Origin: an uncultured candidatus Porisulfidus sp.
GTDB taxonomy: Bacteria > Pseudomonadota > Gammaproteobacteria > Poriferisulfidales > Poriferisulfidaceae
Direction of reading: 5' to 3'
Assembly (NCBI GenBank): GCA_965242985.1
Contig: OZ251520.1
Span: forward strand, 142,426-206,425
Length of the DNA: 64,000 nucleotides
This document shows positions 30,187 to 38,526 of this stretch, piece by piece; the first letter of the stretch is position 1, and every line of letters starts with the position of its first letter. The position numbers and the translations under genes were made by a program. The notes under the pieces are model-generated. The model did not search any database, was not told the origin of the DNA, and saw nothing but the letters and a program-made list of their open reading frames with translations.

Positions 30187-30403
30187 GGAGAATTATCCAG
30201 CAGATTTGACAAAGCCATGTGCGCCGAACCTATCTCGCTGTTAACCCACGGAAAGTCCGTCTAGGGCGCGGCGACCCTGAGCGGTATCAGCCGATTTCGC
30301 CGCTGACCGCCGTAAGCCGTGCTGCACCAGCATCGCCTGTTGCTAAATTGGCAGACGTGAATTGGTTGCGGTGCTTTCTGTCAACTTTGCTGGATAATTC
30401 CCT
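30187..30403. repeat. 13-15 bp inverted repeat pair (GGAGAATTATCCAGCAG ... TGCTGGATAATTCC) ~185 bp apart at the right edge of the low-GC island
   Basis: The two copies are exact reverse complements over TGCTGGATAATTC. They flank an AT-rich non-coding stretch just upstream of DUF4238 paralog 2. Confidence 0.5.
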
Positions 30404-30794
30404 TATTTTACGAAACTGGAGAATCTTTCAGGATTTCACCATATATATTTTATATCATATGCTTATTCGTCTCATGTCAACACTGGAATTGCGCTTTGAC
30501 ACTCACCCGGCTACAATTTCGCGCCGCAGATATGCCCAGTAGGAGGAATGCGATGTCCAATCGGTCCCTGCGCGAAGCTTAGGGGAATCGGAAAGCAGTG
30601 CTTCGCTAGTGTCGAGGAGCATCGCCGAAACGGTCCGGCTGAGATTCTTCAAGTTGGCCCTGAGAGCCGGCCGGTGGCGGAGATGCGCCGGCCGGCCGCC
30701 GGCCCGGGCCGGAACGCCGCCGCCGGAATGCCGGCACCGGGTACCATAAGCCGGAACGGCCCCGCACACCGCAAACGACATCCGCACTGCAAGC

Positions 30795-31433
30795 ATGGAA
30801 CTGGCCGCGGCCCGGCGCAACATGATCGAGCGGCAGCTGCGCCCGGCGCCGGTCGCCAGCGAGCGCGTGCTGGCCGCGTTCGAGGCCGTGCCGCGGGAAG
30901 CGTTCGCGCCGGCGGAACTGCGCGCGCGCGCCTACGCCGACCTGGAGCTGCCGCTGCCCGGCGGCGAGCGCATGATGACGCCGCGCACGGAGGCGCTGCT
31001 GCTGCAGGCGCTGGACCCGCGCCCGGGCGAGCGCGTGCTGGAGGTCGGCGCGGGCTCCGGCTTCCTCGCCGCGTGCATGGCCGCGCTCGGCGCTCGGGTC
31101 GACTCCCTGGAGCGGCGCGCCGAGCTCGCGGCGGCGGCGCGCGCCGCCCTGGCCGCGCAGGGCGCGGCCGCGGCCGCCGTGCATCATGCGGACGCCTGGG
31201 ACTGGCGCCCGGAGGCGCCCTACGACGCGGTGGCGCTCACCGGCTCGCTGCCGGAGTACGACCCGCGCTTCGAGGACTGGCTGCGGCCGTCCGGCCGGCT
31301 GTTCGCCATCGTCGGCGCGCCGCCGGTGGCGGAGGCGCGGCTGGTGCGCTGCTACGCGCCCGGCCAGCGCGCCGTGCAGAGCCTGTTCGAGCTCGCGGCG
31401 CGCCCGCTGGCGCGGCCCGGCGGCGGCGGCTGA
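30795..31433 (+). CDS. pcm: Protein-L-isoaspartate O-methyltransferase-like SAM methyltransferase
   Basis: VLEVGAGSGFLAACMAALGARV motif I. PCMT-like layout, ~212 aa. Confidence 0.7.
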   Translation: MELAAARRNMIERQLRPAPVASERVLAAFEAVPREAFAPAELRARAYADLELPLPGGERMMTPRTEALLLQALDPRPGERVLEVGAGSGFLAACMAALGARVDSLERRAELAAAARAALAAQGAAAAAVHHADAWDWRPEAPYDAVALTGSLPEYDPRFEDWLRPSGRLFAIVGAPPVAEARLVRCYAPGQRAVQSLFELAARPLARPGGGG

Positions 31434-31444
31434 CCGTGCGCGAG

Positions 31445-31759
31445 ATGTCCGCGGAGGAACTGCGCCGGCGGCTGGACGAGCCCGGCGCGCCGCCGCTGCT
31501 GCTCGACGTGCGCGAGCCCTGGGAGGTCGAGCGCGCCGCGCTGCCCGCGGCGCTGTGCATCCCGATGCGCGAGCTGCCGGCGCGGGCGGAAGAGCTGGAT
31601 CCCGCGCGGGAAACCGTGGTGCTGTGCCACCACGGCGTCCGCTCGCGCGCCGCCTGCCGCTACCTGGAGGAGCGCCGCCGCTTCGCCGACCTGCGCAACC
31701 TCACCGGCGGCATCGACGCCTGGGCGCGGCGGGTCGACCCGGCCGTGCCGACCTACTGA
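31445..31759 (+). CDS. Rhodanese-domain protein (single-domain sulfurtransferase)
   Basis: LLLDVREPWE...VVLCHHGVRSRAACRYL, active-site Cys loop CHHGVRS. 104 aa. Confidence 0.75.
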   Translation: MSAEELRRRLDEPGAPPLLLDVREPWEVERAALPAALCIPMRELPARAEELDPARETVVLCHHGVRSRAACRYLEERRRFADLRNLTGGIDAWARRVDPAVPTY

Positions 31760-31787
31760 GGCCCGCCCGCATGCGCGCGCGACCCTG

Positions 31788-33101
31788 GTGCGCCGCGGCC
31801 GCGGCCGCGCCGCCCTCGCCGGGCCGGCGGCGGGCGCCGAATCCCTGCTCGAGATCTACCGGCTGGCGCAGCGGCACGACGCCGCGCTGCAGGCCGCGGA
31901 GGCGCGCTACCAGGCGGACCTGCAGGCCGAGCCCATCGCCCGCGCCGCGCTGCTGCCGCAGCTGTCCTACGAACTGGACGTCTCCGAGGCGCGCGAGGTC
32001 CTGCGCGGCAGCCGCTTCGGCCAGCAGAGCGACGTCCTCAGCGAGCGCGGCACCACCCGCCGCGACGGCCTGAGCCTGTCGCAGACCCTCTACCACCACG
32101 ACCTGTACGTGAGCCTGCGGCGCGCCCGCTCGGTCGCGGCGCGCGCCCGCGCCCGGCGCGACGCGGCGCGGCAGGAGCTGATCGTGCGCGCGGCCGAGGC
32201 CTACTTCGACGTGCTGGCGGCGCGCGACGGCGCGCGCTTCGCCCGCCAGGAGCAGGCGTCCATCGGCCGCCGGCGGGAGCAGGCCGAGGCCCGCTTCCGG
32301 GTCGGCCTGGCCTCGCTGGTCGAGGTCAAGGAGACCCAGGCCGCCGCCGACCTGGCGGCGGCGCGCGCGGTCGACGCCGAGCACCTGCTGGCGAACCGCC
32401 GCGAGGCGCTGGCGGTGATCACCGGGCGGCGGCACCCGGCGCTGGCGGCGCTGTCGGCGCGCATGGAACTGACCCCGCCGGAGCCGCCCGCGCCCGAGCG
32501 CTGGGTCGCGGCGGCGCTCGAGCGCAACCTCGACTACCTGATCCGCCAGCACGACCTGGCGGTGGCCGCGCGCGACCTGGAGTTCGAGCGGGCGCAGCAC
32601 TACCCGACCCTGGACGCCTACGCCTCGACCGGCAAGAACGACCGCACCGGCGGCGTGTTCGGCGGCAGCCGGCTGCATACCGACCGCGTCGGCGTGCGCC
32701 TGCAGGTGCCGCTGCTGGCCGGCGGCGGAGTCGTCCACCGCGCGCTGCAGGCGGCGCACCGGCACGAGGCGGCCAAGGCCGAGCTGCAGGGCGAGCGGCG
32801 GCGCACCGAGCAGCGGGCGCGCTCCGCCTACCTGGACGTGCAGGCCGGCATCGCCCGCGTGCGCGCCTACCGGCGCGCGCTGGAATCGGCGCGGGTGGAG
32901 CTGGAGGCCAACCAGGTCGGCCTGGCGGCCGGCCGCCGCGACCTGGTCGACGTGGTGAGCGCCACCAGCCGGCTGTACGCCGCCGAGCGCGACCTGGCGC
33001 AGGCGCGCTACCGCCACCTGCTCGACACCCTCCGCCTGCGCCGGGCGGCCGGCAGCCTCGGCGACGCCGACCTCGCGCGCATCGACCGCTGGCTGGACTG
33101 A
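31788..33101 (+). CDS. tolC: TolC-family outer membrane efflux protein
   Basis: Two repeats of the TolC-type helical/beta-barrel architecture (LSQTLYHHDLY; TGKNDRTGGVFGGSRLHTDRVGVRLQVPLLAGGG). N-terminal signal is weak (RAALAGPAAGA). Confidence 0.7.
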   Translation: MRRGRGRAALAGPAAGAESLLEIYRLAQRHDAALQAAEARYQADLQAEPIARAALLPQLSYELDVSEAREVLRGSRFGQQSDVLSERGTTRRDGLSLSQTLYHHDLYVSLRRARSVAARARARRDAARQELIVRAAEAYFDVLAARDGARFARQEQASIGRRREQAEARFRVGLASLVEVKETQAAADLAAARAVDAEHLLANRREALAVITGRRHPALAALSARMELTPPEPPAPERWVAAALERNLDYLIRQHDLAVAARDLEFERAQHYPTLDAYASTGKNDRTGGVFGGSRLHTDRVGVRLQVPLLAGGGVVHRALQAAHRHEAAKAELQGERRRTEQRARSAYLDVQAGIARVRAYRRALESARVELEANQVGLAAGRRDLVDVVSATSRLYAAERDLAQARYRHLLDTLRLRRAAGSLGDADLARIDRWLD

Positions 33102-33109
33102 GCCCGCCC

Positions 33110-34354
33110 GTGGCCGCCGGCCCGCCGCTCGCCTACCGGGCGCTGACGCTGCTCGCCGCGCCGGCGGCGCTGGCCTACACCCTGGCGCGCGCGCTGCGCG
33201 ACGGCGGCGCGCTCTACCTGCGCCAGCGCTACGCGCTGGGCCTGCCGGCGGAGCTGGCCGGGCGCGTCTGCCTGCACTGCAGCTCGGTCGGCGAGGTGCG
33301 CGCCGCGCTGCCGCTGGCGCAGCGCCTGGAGCGCGACGGCCTGCGCCTGCTGCTGAGCGTCGCCACCCCGACCGGGCGGCGCGTGGCCCGCGCCCTGCTG
33401 CCCGAGGTGCCGCGGGCGTACTTCCCGCTCGACCACCGGACGGTGGCGCGGCGCTGGCTGGCGCGGCTCGCGCCGCGCGCGGTGCTGGTGTTCGAGACCG
33501 AGCTGTGGCCGCACTTCTACGCCGCCGCCGAGGCCCGCGGCGCGCCGCCGGCGCTGGTCAACGCCCGGCTGTCGGCGCGCACCGCCCGCCCGCCCCGCCT
33601 GCTGCGCGGCGCCTTCCGCCAGGCGGCGCGCCGGGCGCGCTGCATCCTCGCCCGCAGCGCGGCGGACGCGGCGCGCTTCCGCGAACTGGGCGCCGACCCC
33701 GAACGCGTCGCGGCGCTCGGCAACCTCAAGTACGCGGCGCCGGCCGCCGGGCCCGACGCCGGCCCGCCGCTGCCCGGGCCGTACGCGCTGGCCGCCTCCA
33801 CCCATGCGGACGAAGAGCGGCAGCTGGCCGAACTCTGGCGCGGCCTCCCCGACCGCCGCGGCCACCTGCTGGCGATCATGCCGCGCCATCCGGAGCGCGC
33901 CGCGCGCCTGGAGGCGGCGCTGCGCCGCGCCGGGTTCCGGGTGCGGCGCCACTCGCGGGACGGCCGCCCCGCGCCCGACACCGAGCTCTACCTGGCGGAC
34001 ACCCTGGGCGAGCTGCCGCGCTGGCTCCGGCACGCGTCGTTCGCGTTCCTCGGCGGCTCGCTGACGCCGCGCGGCGGCCACAACGTGCTGGAGCCCGCCC
34101 TCGAGGGCTGCGCCTGCGCGGTCGGCCCGCACACCTTCAACTTCGCCGACGAGGTCGCGGCCCTGCGCGCCTGCGGCGGCCTGGAGCAGGCGGCCGACGC
34201 GGCGGAGCTCGCCGGCGTGTTCGCGCGCTGGCTGGCGGATCCGGCGGCGGCGGCGGCCGCGGCCGCGCGGGCGCGGGAACACGTGCGCGCCCGCGCCGAC
34301 ATCGCCGAGCGCTATCTGGCGGAACTGCGCCGCTACGGCGCGCTGCCCGCGTAG
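33110..34354 (+). CDS. waaA: 3-deoxy-D-manno-octulosonic acid transferase (Kdo transferase)
   Basis: N-terminal PLLWRGLY-like region and C-terminal glycosyltransferase domain (MPRHPERA...TLGELPRW...GGHNVLEPA). Confidence 0.8.
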   Translation: MAAGPPLAYRALTLLAAPAALAYTLARALRDGGALYLRQRYALGLPAELAGRVCLHCSSVGEVRAALPLAQRLERDGLRLLLSVATPTGRRVARALLPEVPRAYFPLDHRTVARRWLARLAPRAVLVFETELWPHFYAAAEARGAPPALVNARLSARTARPPRLLRGAFRQAARRARCILARSAADAARFRELGADPERVAALGNLKYAAPAAGPDAGPPLPGPYALAASTHADEERQLAELWRGLPDRRGHLLAIMPRHPERAARLEAALRRAGFRVRRHSRDGRPAPDTELYLADTLGELPRWLRHASFAFLGGSLTPRGGHNVLEPALEGCACAVGPHTFNFADEVAALRACGGLEQAADAAELAGVFARWLADPAAAAAAAARAREHVRARADIAERYLAELRRYGALPA

Positions 34355-35055
34355 CCGTCGAGCAGCGCGGCGAAATCCTCGCCGCGGAAGCGGAACGCCG
34401 GGTCGCTCCGGCGCGCCTTGTCGCAGGAGCGGCGCAGGCGCGCCAGGTTGCGGCGCTTCCAGGCCTGGCCCGCGCGCAGGCGCGCGCGGTCGAGGTCGAT
34501 CAGGTGGAACACCGGGCCCGGCGCGATCAGGATGTTGCCGAGGCTCAGGTCGGCGTGCCACAGCTGGCAGTCGTGGAAGCGGCGCAGCGCGGCGCCCAGC
34601 GCCCGCCAGCCGGGCGCGCCCAGCGCCCGCTCCCGCAGGTGCGCGCCGAGCGGCGCCGCCGGCACCCGCGTCGTGATCAGGTCGGCGCGGTAGCACGCGC
34701 CGGCGTACGTCACCTGCCAGGCGGCCGGCGCCGGCACCGGCAGGCCGCGCGCCCGCAGCCGCGCCAGCAGCGCCGCCTCGCGCCCCGGGCGGGTCAGCGC
34801 GGGCGGCAGCCACGGGTAGCGGTCGCCCAGCAGCCGCGCCGCCCAGCCGCCGCGGCGGTAGTGGCGCAGCGCGTAGTCGTCGCCGCCGTGGCGGAACAGC
34901 CACGCCGCGCCGCGGCCGGCGGCGCGCCCCCGCAGCAGCCCGCTCGCGCGCAGCGAATCCGGGTCGAACAGCGCCAGCGGCGCGGCGTCGAAGCGCGCCG
35001 CGTCGTATACGATGTGCCGGCGGCCGGCGATTTCGGTGCGCGCGCGCACGGGCAT
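34333..35055 (-). CDS. kdkA: 3-deoxy-D-manno-octulosonic acid kinase
   Basis: Kdo-kinase motifs HADLSLGNILI and HLIDLDRARL. 240 aa. Start MPVRART, placed from the track frame. Confidence 0.8.
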   Translation of the reverse strand: MPVRARTEIAGRRHIVYDAARFDAAPLALFDPDSLRASGLLRGRAAGRGAAWLFRHGGDDYALRHYRRGGWAARLLGDRYPWLPPALTRPGREAALLARLRARGLPVPAPAAWQVTYAGACYRADLITTRVPAAPLGAHLRERALGAPGWRALGAALRRFHDCQLWHADLSLGNILIAPGPVFHLIDLDRARLRAGQAWKRRNLARLRRSCDKARRSDPAFRFRGEDFAALLDGYAGSAP

Positions 35056-36124
35056 GCCTCCGACCCCATCATATCCCCCGCGCACGCTGTGCCTGCTGCG
35101 GCTGTCCGCGCTCGGCGACGTGACCCACATGCTGCCCGCCGTGCACACCCTGCGCCGGGCGTGGCCGGACACCCGCCTGACCTGGGTCGTCGGCGCCGCC
35201 GAGGCGCCGCTCGTGGCGGGGCTCGCGGGGGTGGAGCTGGTGCGCTTCGACAAGCGCGGCGGCCCCGCCGCCTGGCTGGCGCTGGCGCGCGCGCTGCGCG
35301 GCCGGCGCTTCGACGGCCTGTTCCTGATGCAGTCGGCGCTGCGCGCCGGGCTGGCCAGCCTGTGCGCGCGCGCGCCGATGCGCTTCGGCTTCGATGCGGC
35401 GCGCGCCCGCGAGGGCCACGGCCTGTTCGTCAACCGCCGCATCGCGCCGGCGGCGCGCCCGCACGTGGTCGACGGCTTCTTGGGCTTCCTCGCCGCCGCC
35501 GGCATCGACCCGGCCGAGTTCCAGTACCGCTTCGACCTGCCGGAGGACCCGGCGGTGGCCGCTTGGGCCGCGGCCGAGCTGCCGGCCCCCGGGCGGGCGG
35601 TGGTGCTGAGTCCCTGCGCCGGCCATCCGGAGCGCAGCTGGCGCATCGAGCGCTACGCCGCGGTCGCCGACCACCTGGCGGCGCGCGGCCTGGAGGTGGC
35701 GGTGACCTGCGCGCCCGCGCGCGGGCAGGTGCGCTTCGCCGAGCGGGTCTGCGCGGCGATGCGCCGCGCCCCGCGCAACTTCGCCGGCCGCACCAGCCTG
35801 CCGCAACTGCTGGCGCTGATGCGCCGCGCGCGCTTCGTGCTCGGCCCGGACTCCGGGCCGATCCATCTCGCCACCGTCGCCGGCGCGCCGGCGCTCGGCC
35901 TGTACGCGGTGTCGCGCGTCGGCCGCACCGGCCCGTACCGCAGCCGCGAATGGTGCGTGGACCGCTACGACGAGGCCGCCCGCCGCCGCCTGGGCCGCCC
36001 GGCGGCGGAGTTGCCGTGGCGGCGGAAAGTGCACGGCCGCGGCGTGATGGACCTGATCGAAGTCGACGAGGTGATCGCCATGGCCGACCGCCTGCTGGAC
36101 GCGACCGCGGCGAGGGCGGGATGA
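35054..36124 (+). CDS. waaC: Glycosyltransferase family 9 (LPS heptosyltransferase I-like)
   Basis: LLRLSALGDVTHMLPAV N-terminus, GT9 fold, SPCAGHPERSW and GPDSGPIHLA motifs. Its ATG shares the palindrome GCATGC with the divergent kdkA start. Confidence 0.7.
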   Translation: MPPTPSYPPRTLCLLRLSALGDVTHMLPAVHTLRRAWPDTRLTWVVGAAEAPLVAGLAGVELVRFDKRGGPAAWLALARALRGRRFDGLFLMQSALRAGLASLCARAPMRFGFDAARAREGHGLFVNRRIAPAARPHVVDGFLGFLAAAGIDPAEFQYRFDLPEDPAVAAWAAAELPAPGRAVVLSPCAGHPERSWRIERYAAVADHLAARGLEVAVTCAPARGQVRFAERVCAAMRRAPRNFAGRTSLPQLLALMRRARFVLGPDSGPIHLATVAGAPALGLYAVSRVGRTGPYRSREWCVDRYDEAARRRLGRPAAELPWRRKVHGRGVMDLIEVDEVIAMADRLLDATAARAG

Positions 36125-36225
36125 AATCAAACACGTCCGGCACGCAGTGAAACCCGTGCGCGAATTGGCGGAATCTGCTGAAAACTGCTACGGTTTTCCA
36201 TCCCTGCGTCACTGCGGACACAAAC

Positions 36226-36471
36226 GTGAACGACCTGCTCAGGAAGAATCTGGCCGCCTACGAAACCGTCAGAAAGCAACTGGAAGCGAAGCATCTGGGC
36301 CGCACCGCCCTGCTGCACCAAGGCGAAGTGGTGGACATTTACAACGACAGCGGCGATGCCTACAAGGTCGGATGCGACAACTACGGCCTTGGGAATTTCG
36401 CCATTCAAGTCATCGGGCAAGCTCCCATTTCCTTGGGCTTCCAGACTCTTTTCGTTCCACTTTCCGCGTAA
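36226..36471 (+). CDS. Hypothetical small protein (81 aa), lower-GC spacer
   Basis: GTG-initiated ORF with protein-like composition (KNLAAYETVRKQLEAKHLGRTALLHQGEVVDIYNDSGDAYKVGCDNYGLGNFAIQVIG). No domain recognised. Confidence 0.3.
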   Translation: MNDLLRKNLAAYETVRKQLEAKHLGRTALLHQGEVVDIYNDSGDAYKVGCDNYGLGNFAIQVIGQAPISLGFQTLFVPLSA

Positions 36472-36618
36472 AGAATGGGCGGCGCAAACGTGCCGGCGGC
36501 CGCGGACGTTCTAATTATGAGCAACTAGCCGCCCAGCCGGCCAACGCCCGAATTCACGGCGGCATGCACGCGCGTCCGCGTGTAGAATGAGCGCCCGCCG
36601 ACCCGCGCTCCGAAGCCC

Positions 36619-38526
36619 ATGCCCGCCCGCGAAGAACTGAAGGAACAGGCCGCCGCCTGCGGCACGGCGGTCGAGTTCGCCGCGCTCGCGCTGCGGGCGC
36701 TGGAAGAGCCGGCCGACCGCGAATACGCGGAGGAGCTGGCGGAGCAGATCGACGGCCTGTGCGTCGAGGTCGAGGACGCGGTGGCGCTGGCCGGGGTGCT
36801 GCGCGCCCTGGGCCGCGGCGAGGCCGAGGTGCGCGCGAAGCTCGACGAGGCCGAGGTCGACTGCCAGTTCACCAAGCAGTTCGTGTGCCTGGCGCGCGGC
36901 TACCGCGACTGCTGCGGCGACGAGGCCAAGATGCGCGAGCTGATGGAGCAGGCCGAGGAGTTCTGCATGACCGACGAGGAGCGGATCGACCTCGGCGACG
37001 GCCTGCAGGAGCTGCTCGGCGAAGCGGAGCGCGCCGCCGAGTGCTACCGCCAGGGCCTGGGCGCGGTGCAGGACAAGAACCGGCTGCTGGAGCTGGCCGA
37101 GCGCTTCGCCGCCGCGGACCCGGAGCTGGCGGGCGAGGTCTACGCCCGCGCCGAAGAGAAGATGAGTTCCGGCGCCGAGCTCAGCCGCCTCGCGGCGTCG
37201 GTGCGCGAGCGCCTCGGCGACGCGGAGCGGGCCGCCGCCATCTACGCCCGCGCGGCCGAGCAGGCGTCCGCCGCGCACGAATTGATGGCGCTCGCCGAAG
37301 ACTGCCGGGCGGCGGGCTTGGACGAGCTGGCCGGGCGATGCTGCGACCGCGCCATCGACGGCGCCGCCGACGCCCGCAAATTGATCGAGCTGCTGGCGCC
37401 GCTGCGCGAACTGCCGGACGGCGGCGCCCGGGTCGCGCGCGCCCTGGAGCGCGCCCGCGAACTCGCCCGCGAGACCGCCGAGCTGCTGGACCTGGCGCGG
37501 CAGGCGGCCGCGGCCGGCGCGGCCGCGGAACTGGTGCGCGCCGTGCTGGAGGCCGCCGAGGAGCAGGTGGCGAGCCTGGGCGAGATGAAGGCCGTGGTCG
37601 CGGCGGCGGCGGAACTGGCCGGGGGCGACGACGCCTGGCGGGCGCGGCTGGACGAGAAGCTGGCCAAGCGCGAGGCCAACCAGGAGCGCTACGCCGAATT
37701 CCAGGAGCGCGAGCAGCGCGCCGCCGCGCCGCTGCAGTTCATCCAGCTGGCCGCGGCCGTGGCCGCGGAGATCGAGGACGCCTTCTACGCCCGCAAGCTG
37801 CTGGCCCAGGCGCAGGCGCTGCTGGCCGAGGCGGCGCCGGACCGCAACCTGACCTGCGCGCTGGCGCGCGCGGCCGACCGCCTCCTGGGCGACGGCGAAT
37901 GGGCCGCGCGGCTGCTGCGGGAGGCGGCGGACGCGGCCGGGGGGGACTTCGCCGCCGTGCGGCAGCTGGCGCGGACCGCCTGCGCGGAACTGTCCGACCG
38001 CGAAGCCGGCCGCGCGCTGGCGCGGGACTGGTACGAGCGCTTCGAGCGCGGCCATGCGGACGACGGCTGGAGCCGGCTGCGGCTCGGCCGCGCCGTGCTG
38101 GAGGACCTGGCGGACCGCGGCTGGGCGCTGCGGCTGGCCGAGGCGGCGGCCGGCGCCGACGGCGCCGGGCCGCTGCTGCGCGCGCAGGCCGGGCTGCTGG
38201 CCCGCGACTGCGGCGGCGCGGACCGGGCGGGCGCCCTGTTCCGGGCCGCGTTCGACGGCGCCGGGCCGGACGCGGCGGTGGCCGCGGCGAAGCTGCTGCG
38301 CCGGGCGCGGGTGGACGAGGCGGAGCTGCGCGCGCTGTACCGCGACGCGGCGCCGGCCGCGGCCGCGGCGCGGCTGCCCTGGGCGGAGGGCATCCTGGAG
38401 GTGTTCGGCGACCCGGACTGGGGGGCCGAGGCCTACGACGCGCTGGCGGCGGAGGCCGACGCGGCGCTGGCGGCGCGCGTCCGCGCCAGCCGCGAGTCGC
38501 GGCTAGGACGCTTCCTGGTCCGCTGA
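36619..38526 (+). CDS. Ala/Glu/Arg-rich repeat protein with TPR-like helical repeats (hypothetical)
   Basis: 635-aa ORF with recurring ~34-aa units (AERAAECYRQGLGA... / AERAAAIYARAAEQA...). Native GC. Confidence 0.55.
   Translation: MPAREELKEQAAACGTAVEFAALALRALEEPADREYAEELAEQIDGLCVEVEDAVALAGVLRALGRGEAEVRAKLDEAEVDCQFTKQFVCLARGYRDCCGDEAKMRELMEQAEEFCMTDEERIDLGDGLQELLGEAERAAECYRQGLGAVQDKNRLLELAERFAAADPELAGEVYARAEEKMSSGAELSRLAASVRERLGDAERAAAIYARAAEQASAAHELMALAEDCRAAGLDELAGRCCDRAIDGAADARKLIELLAPLRELPDGGARVARALERARELARETAELLDLARQAAAAGAAAELVRAVLEAAEEQVASLGEMKAVVAAAAELAGGDDAWRARLDEKLAKREANQERYAEFQEREQRAAAPLQFIQLAAAVAAEIEDAFYARKLLAQAQALLAEAAPDRNLTCALARAADRLLGDGEWAARLLREAADAAGGDFAAVRQLARTACAELSDREAGRALARDWYERFERGHADDGWSRLRLGRAVLEDLADRGWALRLAEAAAGADGAGPLLRAQAGLLARDCGGADRAGALFRAAFDGAGPDAAVAAAKLLRRARVDEAELRALYRDAAPAAAAARLPWAEGILEVFGDPDWGAEAYDALAAEADAALAARVRASRESRLGRFLVR

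Noticed and set aside
36619-38526. Possibility that the 635-aa Ala-rich ORF is a GC artefact
   Set aside because: It is kept as a feature, not rejected. It has regular helical repeat periodicity, Cys/Tyr/Trp at recurring positions, no strong competing ORF on the other strand, and a proper ATG start, so it reads as a real gene.
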